Source of the DNA: a virus
Direction: 5' to 3' (one strand)
Virus record (IMG/VR): IMGVR_UViG_3300042301_003793
Length of the DNA stretch: 64,000 nucleotides
A model generated the notes under the pieces. That model saw only the letters and a list, made by a program, of their open reading frames with translations, ran no database searches and was not told where the DNA came from. This document shows, piece by piece, positions 9,063-19,800 of this stretch (position 1 is the first letter of the stretch; each line of letters begins with the position of its first letter). The translations under genes were made by a program, and so were the position numbers.

Positions 9063-9744
9063 ATCTCATCATATTGTTTTCATCTTCATCTTCGTAGTCA
9101 TTAAAAGAGGTTTTTACTTCTTCTGGTGAATACTCTTCAACATCATCAGATGTTAATACATATTCATTTTTACCAGATTGTTTCATTTCTTCTTGTTTAT
9201 CAACAAAGAAATCAGATAGTTTTTGTTTAAATGGTCCAGAATCTAAACTTCTTAATTCAAGTTTTTCTTCTGGTGTTTTTGGTCTAAATTGGTCAAACTT
9301 AGTTTCAAGCGAATTAATTTTATTAACAAGTTGGTCCATTTCACCAAGTTTTGATTCTAGGTTTGAAAGTTGTGAAAAAAGATTATTAAAATATTCTTCT
9401 TGTTTATCTGACATTGTTTTTTGTGTATCAACAAGATCTGTAATATCAATTTCTTCTTCTCCACCTTCTTCATCAGCACCAATTTCTTCTACGTCAGCAT
9501 CAGCTTCAACATCAACTGGTTCACCTTCTGTTGGTGGCGCTGGTGCACCCGGTACAGCTCCTGCCGGTGGTGGTGCTCCTCCTGCCGGTGGTGGTGTTTC
9601 TCCACCTATTGGTGCTTCACCTCCTGGGGGTGGTGGTGCTCCTAATTCGTCTCCTGGAGGAGGGGGTGGAACTTGCTCCATAATGTATTTGTTGATACTA
9701 TTGTATCTTGCAATTTCTTCTAGAATTTTTTGGTCTACACTCAT
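9061..9744 (-). CDS. Hypothetical acidic protein with Pro/Gly-rich tract and coiled coil (possible head or scaffold-associated)
   Basis: VPPPPPGDELGAPPPPGG tract, then heptad-like LSNLESKLGEMDQLVNKINSLE. Confidence 0.7.
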   Translation of the reverse strand: MSVDQKILEEIARYNSINKYIMEQVPPPPPGDELGAPPPPGGEAPIGGETPPPAGGAPPPAGAVPGAPAPPTEGEPVDVEADADVEEIGADEEGGEEEIDITDLVDTQKTMSDKQEEYFNNLFSQLSNLESKLGEMDQLVNKINSLETKFDQFRPKTPEEKLELRSLDSGPFKQKLSDFFVDKQEEMKQSGKNEYVLTSDDVEEYSPEEVKTSFNDYEDEDENNMMR

Positions 9745-9745
9745 C

Positions 9746-9970
9746 TTATCCGTTTAATAATGTTTTTATTCCAGATTTTGTTTCAACCTGAATTTTTTTA
9801 AATTGTTTCATTGTGTTATCAACTCTTTCAATTAGACCATCTTTCATTCTAACTGTATAACAATCACCAGTATCTAAATCACATACTTCTTTAAATCCAT
9901 TACCAGCGTCTTTTTCTGACATTCTTGTGTTCTTACCTAAGTAATTATCCAATATTAGTTTTGTGTTCAT
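9746..9970 (-). CDS. Hypothetical protein
   Basis: 74 aa; 1-nt gap to the next gene; TATTTATA motif upstream. Confidence 0.7.
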   Translation of the reverse strand: MNTKLILDNYLGKNTRMSEKDAGNGFKEVCDLDTGDCYTVRMKDGLIERVDNTMKQFKKIQVETKSGIKTLLNG

Positions 9971-10013
9971 ATTTTTTATTTATTTATAAATATCTTACTT
10001 TATAAAAAAGTTA

Positions 10014-13000
10014 TTATGGTTTAGGAACATTGTTTAAAACAAAGTTAATTGGGTTTGAAACAATTTTTATATATTCTGTTTTAATTTGTTCAGATAATGA
10101 AGTCCAAACATTTTTTTCTGTTGGGAAATTATTAACAATGAATTCTGAAATACTAACAACATATAATTGTATTTTTATTGGTGAATTTGGCACTATACTT
10201 GGTATTTGTGATGCCGATATTTTTTCAGCATATTTTTCACCTAAAAATTTAATATGTGATTCAAAACTTGAAAATGTTGCATATGACAATTGTTCATTAA
10301 AACCTGATAAACAAAAATAATTATTGTTAAAATATTTTGACGCCAAACTACCATAGTTCGCATTTAGTGGTATCAAAGCAAAATTATTATTGTAGCTTGA
10401 GAGACTTTCACCGTTTTTACTAGCAAAATAAATCAAAGAGAATAAAGTGTTAATTACAGCACTTATTTCTTGTGGTGGTTTATTTTGTGAGCTTTGATTA
10501 ACAATTTGTGTAATTTTATTGTAAGCTTCAGCAATTGTAATTGTTGTTTTTACTGGTGTTGTTGTTGTATAATTTACATACGCACTATTTAACGTACTTG
10601 AACAATTTTGTATTTCGGCTGGTTTGAATATATTTCCTTCTTGTACTTTATTAGTTGCGTCAGAAGTTTCTTTTATTACATTGTTTGTTTCAGTTGTTTT
10701 TTTAACTTCTTCTTCTTCTTTAATTCTTTCTTTGATTGTTGTAAGAATATTTGTACTTAATGATTGTAATAACGAGTCAATTGCTGGAATACTATAAAAA
10801 GGTTGTCTTTGACCTTCAATTGAAGTATCGAAACCATTTTCACTAATTCTGTGACTTACATTTGTAATCATATATGGACCACTAAACATTGGAATGTGTC
10901 TAAGATTGAAGTACATCGTTGGTTGTATAAGTGCACATCCCAACATATCAATAGAACATTTATAACTTCTATTTCTATATATGTTATATAACGAAACACT
11001 CTGTGACGCACTTGTTCTATTTCTTGATTGGTTTGCCATTTGGTTCAACATTTCAAGTGATTCTGCGGTTGGTTTTCCAACGTCTTGACCAATATCTATT
11101 TGTTTAAATATTTGTTGATTTTGTGGTCCAAAATCAACATTGAACCCGACCACTTTATTTGATTTATCCCAATTTGTTTTACCTTCTTGATTTTCTATTA
11201 AGGGATTATCACTAGCTCTTCTCATATCAAAAGCATCGTCTCTAAATCTATAATCAGCATTTTCATTCATAGCCAAATGTTGACTAGTAGCATGTGCGTA
11301 CATTGCAACTATTTTTGATCCAGTTTCACGATAGTCAACTGTTGTGTGTGTTCCAAATAAAGTTTTAGCAAACTCTAAAGTACCTTCTGGTCTTGGATTT
11401 GGGTTTTTAGAAACGTCTTGTACATTATAGAAATTAGCATATGCTGGTAAAATCCAGTATGTAAATCTATTATCGGAAAATATTGTATTAACAATACCCA
11501 ACATATTATTTGTGTGCATCCATTGACCTATCCTATCTTTAAGTAAGAAAATATCAACAAATATTTTTTGTCCGACATCTCTACTCGCTCTATCAACAAT
11601 TAAAACATCTTCAAATAATGTTTTACTTCTTAAATCAGCGCCTGCAATCCAGGAATCGTTCATACCTTTAAAAGAGTCCCACATTTCATATCTTGATATT
11701 TCACCAAGATATTCTTTAAATTTTACACCAGTTTGATTTTGTTTAATCGAAACACTACCTAGTTTGTTTCTAACCGATGTTAAAGTGTTATCTAAAATTA
11801 GATTCAAATATGTTTCACCATCCCTTATGTAACTGTTCATAAGACCAAAAAACTTATTCATTGTTAAAGTTGGGTCTTTTAATTTTTGTGTTGCATACAA
11901 TTTAATCATTGGTGCGTAAAATTTTACATTACTTTCTGTAAACTCCATATCCATATCAATAAAGAAATCGGTAATGTATGAACCATTATTTGTATATTCT
12001 AATTCTGGTATTTCAGAAAAACCAACATACGTTTCTAAAGCTTTCCAAGTTTCTGGACTTTGTATTTTAGATTGTGCTAATGTAATTGTACCTCCTTGCG
12101 TTGGTAATAAACCAGGAGAATTTTGAACATATCCTGCCCAAGTGTATGGGTCTTGTATAAAATCAGTTGAGAATGTATAAAACATTTTTTTATCAAAATT
12201 AGACGGGTTACCATATTTGAATACGACTTGGTAATCCATAAATGTTTCAATTGTTTTTTGAAAAGATTTTTTTTGGTTTTCTGTTATTTCATTAATTAAC
12301 GCAGTTCCAGTTAATCCTTCTGGATTAATTGTTTTAAACATTGTTCGCATTAATCCGTGGAAATTTTCGTATGTTTCTTCAACAGTGATTTCATCTTCCC
12401 TTGGTTGTAAATTACTTTCAAAATCATAAACAGACTTACTAAACAATAAGAATTGGTTTTCAAATTGGTCTAATATTTCTGGTGTAAATGTTGTAAATAA
12501 TTCACTTATTTTTGAGTATTTTGTTTGGTCTCCAAAAATTCCAAAATTTTGTTGTTCTTCTTCGTTTGTAAAAATTTCTCTTATATATTCGTCTGGTTGT
12601 GGTTTTGCTAATTTTGAATTATCAAAATAACCGTAGTTTGGTGCCTTCCAGAATAATCTTACCGCCCCATTGTGAAGTGCGGGATTATTACTTATATTAA
12701 TTTTCATACTACCATTGTTATTAAAACATTCTTGTTTTGCTTGATTAACATTTGAACCAAAAGATGGTAGGACGTAAATTGATTTTTTATCTGGTGTAAG
12801 AGTATAACAACTCCAAGGAAGACAAATTAATGAACTATTAGGTGAAAGAATCCCAGGTCCTTCATTAATTAAGGCACTAGTTGTTGGGACCATTCTAAAG
12901 TTTTCACTTAATGCGTTTTGTATACTTGAGTTTTGGTAACCAGGTATTGGTTTATTTGTAACAATAAATGGTTGTGCGACTGTTGGTGGTGAAACCACAA

Positions 13001-16000
13001 CACCTTGTACGGGACTTATTATATAAGTTCCAGTACTTCCAGTAGCACCACTTATTTGTTCTATAATTGTTGTACCTGGGGCTAAGGTTGATCCGGATAA
13101 AACTAATCCTGGTTCTAAAGCAATAAAATTTAATGAAACAACCTCCAAGGTATTACCTGTAACATAATACGTTCCTTCAATGTTTGATGTTTGACTAAAT
13201 AATTTTGTTCCTTTAAAGAAAAGGTGAAAATCATCAAGTAATTTAGGATAAAATCCAGTATTAATAATTGTTTTTTGATTTGGTCCTAATGTGTTAACAC
13301 CATCTAATACAATATCGTAATTAGTACCATCAACTTGTAAGTTATATTGTGTTGTTGTTGATGAAAATGCTGGATCATAATTACCAACATAGTCTGTGTT
13401 ATCCCAGATTCCGTCTAAAATATCAACACCATCAAGTTTGAATTTTTTGTATCTGTGCCAAATTCCACCATACTTTAAAACCCAAGCATAAGGTACCTCG
13501 TGTATTGCTCCGAATTTTTTTAATGAAGGAAGTATATAACTATTTGTTATTATAGAACCATCTGAATTATATGTTTTATATTTATCTCTTAATGTCGCTA
13601 GTGGTAAACTATTTAAAAATAGATAAGCCGCGGCCTTATAAGGTGATTTTTCTATTAAACTATATTTAAATTCATATAAACCTTTTTGGATTGCGTTTGC
13701 AAAATATGGTGTATTAAATAATGATGTTGTTTGTTTTGCAACAAGTTTGCCGTCATAATTTTCATAAACAACATTTCCTTCGGTTGTATATTGTTCTTTG
13801 ATTTTTCTTTCTTTATAAAAAGTTTCTAAATTTTGTAAATTAAGTGTTTGGTCAAAAACACTAGTCTTATAATTAAAATTAACAATAGGTAAAAGATTTT
13901 CTTTGTTTTTTACAAGTTTGATAGATTTATTATATTCTAACGTATCACTTGTTTTAAATACATCTACCTTTGATTGGATTGCATTACCATTTGCTAAATG
14001 GTCTTTACACCAATCTAAATCAGTTAATGGGTATAAATCTGTAAAATCATAATCATCATTTATTACAGACCCACCAAAATAATTTATCACTGGTTGTTCA
14101 TTTGTTAAACCAACGTTTGGGAGTGCCTTGTCTTCGTCTAGGATAGAACCTTTATACATAAAAAATGAAACGTCAGTATCATTTTTCAAATATGGTGTAT
14201 TAATAATCCCACGAATAAAGTTTTGCCAACTTTGCCCTTCGCCTTGATTTGAGATGTGTCTTAAAAATCCACCATAGATTGAGGCGTTTATATTATACTC
14301 TTTTAGTTTTTGACTTATGAATGGGTTATCATCACTTATAGCTTTAAGTATGTCTGTTGTTTCTGACTCACCAACATATTGTTGTATATTATTATCTTTA
14401 ATGCTTTTTCGATTAAATTTAGAATAAAAAGAATTTACAAACATTCTTTCATAAATTTCATAGAAGAATTTTACTTCTTCAGTATTTTGGTAAACATCAT
14501 TTCCAATTGTAAATTCTGTGGCATTAAAACTAAATCTATTTGGTCTTTCTAAGAAATTACCAGTCGGTCCGTTATCAAATTTTGGTGGACTAACTTGTGT
14601 ATAACCTCTTAAAAATTCTTCAACAAATTGTACTTCTGGCCAAATTTCTGGATTATACGCGTTAAATTGTAAAGCTAACTCATCATCACCAGGATATGCT
14701 AATTCATATTTTTCTTTACCTTCCTCGACTGAAGATTTTATAATTTGTGGCCAAGGATAAATTGGTGAATCATATTCACCATTTTTATAATCAACACTTT
14801 GTACCGTAAGGCTTGTGTTAAAAACGGCTTTTTTTCTATTTGCGTCATCCCTCAAATCCCAAGCTTTTGTATGAACATCATCCATCATTCGTAAAAAAGC
14901 TTCACCTTGTGCAAAAAATACTGCTAAAATATTTCTAATTGTTGGTTGGAAACCTAATCCATTTGTTGGGTTAGAAAATTCTGCTTGGATTTCTTTGGTT
15001 ATATTTTCTTCAATTTCTTTTTTCTTTATTTCATATTTTTCTTGAATTTTTTTAATCAAGTCTTCATATGATTTTGGTCCTTCAAAATATGTTAAACCAG
15101 GATATTGTCCGACATTTGAGTAATCGGTTAGTTCTTTATTAAGGTCATTTCTATATTTAATATATTCTTCACTGGTTGATAAACCAGAAAAAGTTTGTCC
15201 AATTCTTTTTTTGTATGTTTCAGATATATTAATATCACCAATATTAACATTTTGGAAAAATGTACCTATAGTAATTGGTATTGATATATCTTTACCTATA
15301 GCAGAATTAGATGTTAGTATATTGTTATATTTTTTTATAATACCATCTAAATCTGTGATTGCTTTTGATTTTTGTTGAGCATCACTAAATTCTGGTTTGT
15401 ATTTATAAAGAACTGTTTTTTCTTTGTTGTTTTTTATAAAAACATTTTCATCGTCAAACCATCTTCCTTTCCAAGAATTAATACCAGAATACAAATATAT
15501 TTCACTAGTGTATTCACCTAACTTAATTAAATAATCTTCAACTTTATTTAAAACATCCAAATTTTTCTTTTTGAATTTTTCTTCAATTGTTGTTATTAGT
15601 TTTTCAAGTTTTTCTTTTAATTGTAGTATTGTTATTTCCGGAAAATTATCATCGATTAACCCTTTTGATTTATATTCAGAATAAAGTTCTTTCATTTTCT
15701 GAAGACCCAAGCTACTTGTAACTGTTTCTGTTTGTGAATTTCCTCCGCTTGAATTTGTTGTTACTGTTGTTGGTTTTGTTATTGAAAGTTGGTACATAGA
15801 TGGAACCGCATACATAGCGGCCCAACTTACCTGACTCATAATTGTATATTTGTAAGTATAAAACTGACAGTTGATTCTAAAGTTATGTGAAGAAGGATCA
15901 AAAGAACTTGTAAATGAATGTAACATTAATGGAAGCCTTATTGCTTTACCTAAATAACCTTTTATTGTTAAATAGAAAACAGGATAAGGTAATTGAAAAA

Positions 16001-16550
16001 ATGCGGCATAAGGTGAGTTGTTTCCGGCTTCAAATAATGCCCGACCTTTAATGTCTTCAAATGTTATACTAATTACTGGTAAAAAATCTAAACCATAATC
16101 AATGTTTATTTGGGTTATACCAAGTAATCCATTATCAACAGCACCTTCAACTCCGTTTGAATATAAACTTTGGTTAATATAATAATCGTCAGACAAGTTT
16201 GGGTTTTGAGTTACCGTGATTCTTGGTTGATTCACACCCTTACCTTCTATTGTACCTTTACCAGTTAATTCGTCAGACCAATTAGTATCTAAAAATTGTT
16301 TAAATCCTGGGTTCAAAAAATTAATCTTTCCAACCGAAACTGTTTTTACAGCTTCATTTGCTGGAACACCAACGGCTAATTTAGTTCTGGGTATTACCGA
16401 ACATTCAAGGTTGGCATACATTACCAAATCTTCCTGTCTAATTAACCTATCTTTAACATTCCCATCGTTATCTATTACTTTGTTTGGGTCTATTACTGAT
16501 ATGTTTTGGTAATCAAATTCAACTAATATGTTTTCTGAGTTATCTTCCAT
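10014..16550 (-). CDS. Large baseplate hub protein (gp27/VgrG/late-control-D-like ends)
   Basis: 2178 aa; C-terminal CSIDMLGCALIQPTMYF...SGPYMITNVSHRI...FDTSIEGQR resembles hub folds; follows the LysM-like wedge gene. Confidence 0.6.
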   Translation of the reverse strand: MEDNSENILVEFDYQNISVIDPNKVIDNDGNVKDRLIRQEDLVMYANLECSVIPRTKLAVGVPANEAVKTVSVGKINFLNPGFKQFLDTNWSDELTGKGTIEGKGVNQPRITVTQNPNLSDDYYINQSLYSNGVEGAVDNGLLGITQINIDYGLDFLPVISITFEDIKGRALFEAGNNSPYAAFFQLPYPVFYLTIKGYLGKAIRLPLMLHSFTSSFDPSSHNFRINCQFYTYKYTIMSQVSWAAMYAVPSMYQLSITKPTTVTTNSSGGNSQTETVTSSLGLQKMKELYSEYKSKGLIDDNFPEITILQLKEKLEKLITTIEEKFKKKNLDVLNKVEDYLIKLGEYTSEIYLYSGINSWKGRWFDDENVFIKNNKEKTVLYKYKPEFSDAQQKSKAITDLDGIIKKYNNILTSNSAIGKDISIPITIGTFFQNVNIGDINISETYKKRIGQTFSGLSTSEEYIKYRNDLNKELTDYSNVGQYPGLTYFEGPKSYEDLIKKIQEKYEIKKKEIEENITKEIQAEFSNPTNGLGFQPTIRNILAVFFAQGEAFLRMMDDVHTKAWDLRDDANRKKAVFNTSLTVQSVDYKNGEYDSPIYPWPQIIKSSVEEGKEKYELAYPGDDELALQFNAYNPEIWPEVQFVEEFLRGYTQVSPPKFDNGPTGNFLERPNRFSFNATEFTIGNDVYQNTEEVKFFYEIYERMFVNSFYSKFNRKSIKDNNIQQYVGESETTDILKAISDDNPFISQKLKEYNINASIYGGFLRHISNQGEGQSWQNFIRGIINTPYLKNDTDVSFFMYKGSILDEDKALPNVGLTNEQPVINYFGGSVINDDYDFTDLYPLTDLDWCKDHLANGNAIQSKVDVFKTSDTLEYNKSIKLVKNKENLLPIVNFNYKTSVFDQTLNLQNLETFYKERKIKEQYTTEGNVVYENYDGKLVAKQTTSLFNTPYFANAIQKGLYEFKYSLIEKSPYKAAAYLFLNSLPLATLRDKYKTYNSDGSIITNSYILPSLKKFGAIHEVPYAWVLKYGGIWHRYKKFKLDGVDILDGIWDNTDYVGNYDPAFSSTTTQYNLQVDGTNYDIVLDGVNTLGPNQKTIINTGFYPKLLDDFHLFFKGTKLFSQTSNIEGTYYVTGNTLEVVSLNFIALEPGLVLSGSTLAPGTTIIEQISGATGSTGTYIISPVQGVVVSPPTVAQPFIVTNKPIPGYQNSSIQNALSENFRMVPTTSALINEGPGILSPNSSLICLPWSCYTLTPDKKSIYVLPSFGSNVNQAKQECFNNNGSMKINISNNPALHNGAVRLFWKAPNYGYFDNSKLAKPQPDEYIREIFTNEEEQQNFGIFGDQTKYSKISELFTTFTPEILDQFENQFLLFSKSVYDFESNLQPREDEITVEETYENFHGLMRTMFKTINPEGLTGTALINEITENQKKSFQKTIETFMDYQVVFKYGNPSNFDKKMFYTFSTDFIQDPYTWAGYVQNSPGLLPTQGGTITLAQSKIQSPETWKALETYVGFSEIPELEYTNNGSYITDFFIDMDMEFTESNVKFYAPMIKLYATQKLKDPTLTMNKFFGLMNSYIRDGETYLNLILDNTLTSVRNKLGSVSIKQNQTGVKFKEYLGEISRYEMWDSFKGMNDSWIAGADLRSKTLFEDVLIVDRASRDVGQKIFVDIFLLKDRIGQWMHTNNMLGIVNTIFSDNRFTYWILPAYANFYNVQDVSKNPNPRPEGTLEFAKTLFGTHTTVDYRETGSKIVAMYAHATSQHLAMNENADYRFRDDAFDMRRASDNPLIENQEGKTNWDKSNKVVGFNVDFGPQNQQIFKQIDIGQDVGKPTAESLEMLNQMANQSRNRTSASQSVSLYNIYRNRSYKCSIDMLGCALIQPTMYFNLRHIPMFSGPYMITNVSHRISENGFDTSIEGQRQPFYSIPAIDSLLQSLSTNILTTIKERIKEEEEVKKTTETNNVIKETSDATNKVQEGNIFKPAEIQNCSSTLNSAYVNYTTTTPVKTTITIAEAYNKITQIVNQSSQNKPPQEISAVINTLFSLIYFASKNGESLSSYNNNFALIPLNANYGSLASKYFNNNYFCLSGFNEQLSYATFSSFESHIKFLGEKYAEKISASQIPSIVPNSPIKIQLYVVSISEFIVNNFPTEKNVWTSLSEQIKTEYIKIVSNPINFVLNNVPKP

Positions 16551-16863
16551 AATATAGGAAATGGTTATCTATCGCACTTTTATATTCCTGTACAGAAGTT
16601 AGTAACGGATATGGAATAGTCAATACAGCACCATCTGGTATATTACTTTCCATCCCGGTATATCTTGGGTTTGCTTGCATTATTAACCAACCAAATAGTG
16701 GACTGCCATAATGTTGTTGTGATATTTTATCTAATCTTGATTGTCCAAACCTATATATATGTTTTTTATCAGATGGTTTACTAGCTACATTTACGTATGG
16801 TACAACAGTTTGTTGACCATTTTGTAAAAACATTGCATATCTGTTATAATATTGTTGTGTCAT
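16540..16863 (-). CDS. LysM-like baseplate wedge / tail protein X (gp53-like)
   Basis: RLDKISQQHYGSPLFGWLIMQANP...GAVLTIP. Confidence 0.7.
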   Translation of the reverse strand: MTQQYYNRYAMFLQNGQQTVVPYVNVASKPSDKKHIYRFGQSRLDKISQQHYGSPLFGWLIMQANPRYTGMESNIPDGAVLTIPYPLLTSVQEYKSAIDNHFLYYGR

Positions 16864-16864
16864 A

Positions 16865-19800
16865 TTAGTTAAATGTTATTTTATTATTAAAGTTATTATC
16901 ATTATTGATATTATTATCAGAATAAGTTTGTTTTAATAATTTTTCATTATCTTTATAGTTATTATCTTTTTCAGTTGAATATTTCATTTTAGTTTCAAAT
17001 GGTTCAATTACGTAGTTTTTGAAAGTTTGATAAGAAGGTCCGTCTTCAAAATCTTTTAAAAGTTTTATTTCGGTTTCTTTTTCTTTAACAAAAAGTAATT
17101 TTAATTTCTCACAAATATCTCTTATGTCTTTTTCCATTAAAGTATTTTTCTTAACTAGTTCGGTCATTAAACTTTCAACAAATGGTTTATATCTTGCGTC
17201 ATCAGTAAAAATACTTGACATACATAGATAAAATCTTTCTTCCTCTGCTGTTGAAAACTTAAAGAGTGGTGAGTCTGATTTTAATAATGGTTTAAAATTA
17301 TAATCGTCTGTTATTACATCTTCGTTTAATACATTGCTGGATTGAAGTTTCGTAATATAATCAAGTAATATGAAACTTACATTAGTTTGATAATTTTCTG
17401 CAATCAAATTAAATGGTGTTGGGTTTGGTGATGGTGTTGGTAGTTGTAAGTTATAAACTTTAAATTTACCAGTATCTAATCTATAACCATCTATTTTGTG
17501 ATTAACTAAATCTAACTTTCTAAAGGTTTGTACATAATCTTCTTGATATTTTGTAATTTCATTTTGTGGTCCTATAAGTGTTTCATTTAATTCATCTAAT
17601 CTTTCGGTTATTATATCAATTAATTTATTTTTAAGTTGTCTAATTGCTGAATCTGGATAATTGTTAGGATTAATAACTTTTTTAATAATTGGGTTTTTAT
17701 CGTCTTTTACATCATTTTTAGTTTGTCTAATAATGTTTTCAACATCATCTTCAACTTTTGTTGGTTTCCCAAAAATTTCAGTAAACTGTTCATCATCATC
17801 ATATTGTGCTAATTTACCTGAAAAATATTTAACATTTTTATAAAAATATTGTATAAAACCATAATTTGTTACATCATTAACTGTTTTTAATTGGTCAAAA
17901 ATTGTTGTAAAATAATTTTTAGTTTTATCAGATAGTTCTTTAAAGATATCAGTATATTCTATTTCACCTTCTTCATATTCACCATTATCAAATGATATTG
18001 TACTCAAAATTTTACCGATTGTTGAACCTCCAGTATTTGTTATAATATCTGGAACATCAGCACTAGTTACTTGTACTGGTGGTGGTGGGGTTTCTTTAAC
18101 TGAAAGTAATTTTTTAGCGAAGTCTTCATCATTCTTTTTTCCACTTTGATCTGTTGCAACAGCTCTATCGTCGTATATTTCGGTGTTAGCGTAAAAATTA
18201 AACGACAACGCATTTTGTAATTGAGCTACTGGTTCTGCTAGTCCATGTCCACCAATAAAATCAAAACTCAATGAAACTTTAGCAATCATCGGTTGAACAC
18301 CAATTCCTTCTGGATTAATGTCGTATATTAATGGGTCATAAGTTATTTGTAATTGTGTTGGTACAATTTTAGTGTGATAAAAATCTCCAACTCTTAATAC
18401 CAATATTGGTGGTGTTCCAAAAGAAGTATTTCTTGCGTCATTATATTTTGGTTTACCATCTGGACCAATTACTGGAATTGTTTGACCTGGTCTAACACAT
18501 TGATTAAGAAATGTTAATCTAGCGTTTAAACCTTCTGGTGTTGTTGAGTGAAAGGCAGGATGAAAGTATTTTATTTTGTCTTGGATGCTCGCAAGTACCA
18601 TCGGTTGGTCTTCTTTTATTAAATCAAAATAATCACATTCAGAAAATAAAAACCTAAGTACTTTCTTTGATATCCCTTCTTTTATTTTTTTTGCCGGATC
18701 AATTGGTTTAGGTGTGACTAGGGGTGGAATAGGTACAATATCAATAGTTGTTGTTGATGTTGTTACTGATGTTATTGGTGGTATTGGTAATGTTGTAGTT
18801 GTAGTTGTAGGCGGTGGAGGAGGTACGGTAGTAGTAGTTGTGGTTGTTGGTACTGGTTTTGTAACTTTAATTTTACCAATACCAACTCTACGACAAACCA
18901 TTGCAGGAACACTATACCATTGTGATTCATTAGTTACATACCCCAAATTAACATCTTTTATGTTGTTGGTGCAATTGACACCTTTTCCGGCACCATTGTT
19001 TGTCTGTGGTATTATAAATTGTTCACCACTTGCCGTGTATTTAAATTTAACTTTACCTTGACTTTGTAATGTCGCTATTGTGTCATTACCAAGTTTTTGT
19101 TTTAAAAACCATTTTTTTACAGAATCATTCCTTCTTTGTGATAAATTATCATTATATCCAACTGAAGCTGGGGCGGATGCGGATCCTTGTAATTCCAAAA
19201 TAACAGTACCACCTTGATCTACAATAATTTCTTTGAGTTTTGGTAGCAGTTCGTTTTTAATTTTTTGAAAATTACCAATAATTACTTGATCAAAGAATGG
19301 TATTACTTGGGCTCTTGTAAATAAATCACCACCACTACTTACTTTTAGAGGTGCTGAACTTGAATTATATACTGTTTTTCTTTTCAAATAGATGTCATAC
19401 CAATATTGGTAATCTTGATTATTAGGTACTGTGGTTTCCCAACTTCCAGACCCAAATGGATAATCATTATCAAAATAAAAAGCATATCCTTCCCATTCTG
19501 TTAATTCAGTATTTGTCATTTCTTGTTGTTGGTCACTAACGACTGTTGTATTAGTACCACCATTACCATTATTATTTGAGACATTTGTATTGTTACCAGT
19601 ACTAATACCACCATCGTCACTCCCACTTGAATTTGCATCAATTTGTGGTTCAGGACTTTTTGGTATTTCATCAAGAATTCCGTATTTTTCTTCATCCGTA
19701 AGTCTTGGGTCGGCTAATAATTTTTGATATTCATAAAGTTGATTGACTGGAATTGTATTAAATTTAGCTGCCAAATCATATAAATCATATTTAACACAAC

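Noticed and set aside
9530-9672. GC-rich patch suggesting foreign DNA
   Set aside because: Explained by Pro/Gly/Ala codons of a low-complexity linker within a continuous ORF.
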